A stretch of DNA of 64,000 bases from Cycas panzhihuaensis. Taxonomy: Eukaryota; Plantae; Cycadophyta. Positions 63,311 through 64,000 of this stretch are shown here, piece after piece (positions within the stretch are counted from its first letter, which is position 1; each line of letters opens with the position of its first letter). The position numbers and the translations under genes are program-made. The stretch lies in contig CM041465.1 in assembly GCA_023213395.1 (NCBI GenBank), positions 213,411,741-213,475,740 on the forward strand, in the 5' to 3' direction. The notes under the pieces are model-generated. The model did no database searches. It saw nothing but the letters and a program-made list of their open reading frames with translations, and was not told the origin of the DNA.

Positions 63311-64000
63311 GGAGAACTCAAATAACTATATTAAGGAAAGGTCTATATTATTAAGCATATAGGTGTCCCGAACTTCCTTTTTACGTAATCCATCCAGAAG
63401 ACTCCTCCCAAAACTAAATCCCATGTTCCAAGATTCATATCTTTGGGATTTAGTTCTTGTGGAGTTAATCCTGCTATAAAGACTAATGCTAAGGATGCCA
63501 TAGTGGAAGCACCTCTTTGCTTAATTTATTTGGTATATCATATACTTTGTTAACCTACTCATTCTTAGGAGGTTTCACCGTTCTCTCATAGTTTAAGATT
63601 ATAACACAGGTTCTTCTATCGATGAAAGAGATTATCATTACTTTACTTCATGATGCTCATGCATGAAGAATACTTTCACTTGTACCCAATTTGGATGCCC
63701 CTCTTAGCTCCAAACCATACTATTTAAAACCATATATCATTAAAGAGTATAAACTATGATGATATCTCCTCTACAACCATACCTTAATGTATTTCACTAA
63801 GTTGTACTTTTTATATTGATTATTTTGAGAAATTCAAGGCTATTGTAGAGTATTCAAATAGTTGTCATATATATCTTCTACCTATCCATCATAAGTCAGG
63901 TTTTTAAAGTGCACTTTGCCTTTATCACCTTTAGCCATTAGAAAAAATTACATGGAAGAGTCTTTTCCCCTACATGTCGATACACCTCCCTATTTAAGGA

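Overview
AT-rich eukaryotic (plant, most likely gymnosperm-type) genomic DNA. One host gene spans almost the whole window on the minus strand: a U1A-type spliceosomal RRM protein (U1A/U2B''/SNF family). Three coding exons are recoverable by hand: 61732-61669, 36682-36510 and 12500-12407, the last absent from the ORF track. They join in frame across GT-AG introns of 24,986 and 24,009 bp, and a third intron of at least 12.4 kb runs off the left edge. The introns are filled with nested and decayed Ty1/copia and Ty3/gypsy LTR retrotransposons. These include a near-intact chromovirus with both LTRs and a TATAC TSD, a 4-tier nest at 1-10.5 kb, and two solo LTRs with TSDs. There is also a LINE fragment and a degenerate DUF7028 (IDM1-family-like) host-gene fragment. 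The most interesting signal is in the first 460 nt of intron 1: a hairpin matching the U1A binding site of U1 snRNA stem-loop II (10-nt loop AUUGCACAAA closed by C-G), with a candidate alternative 5' splice site and a G-rich tract just downstream. This suggests intron-based autoregulation of plant U1A, but it is an untested inference.
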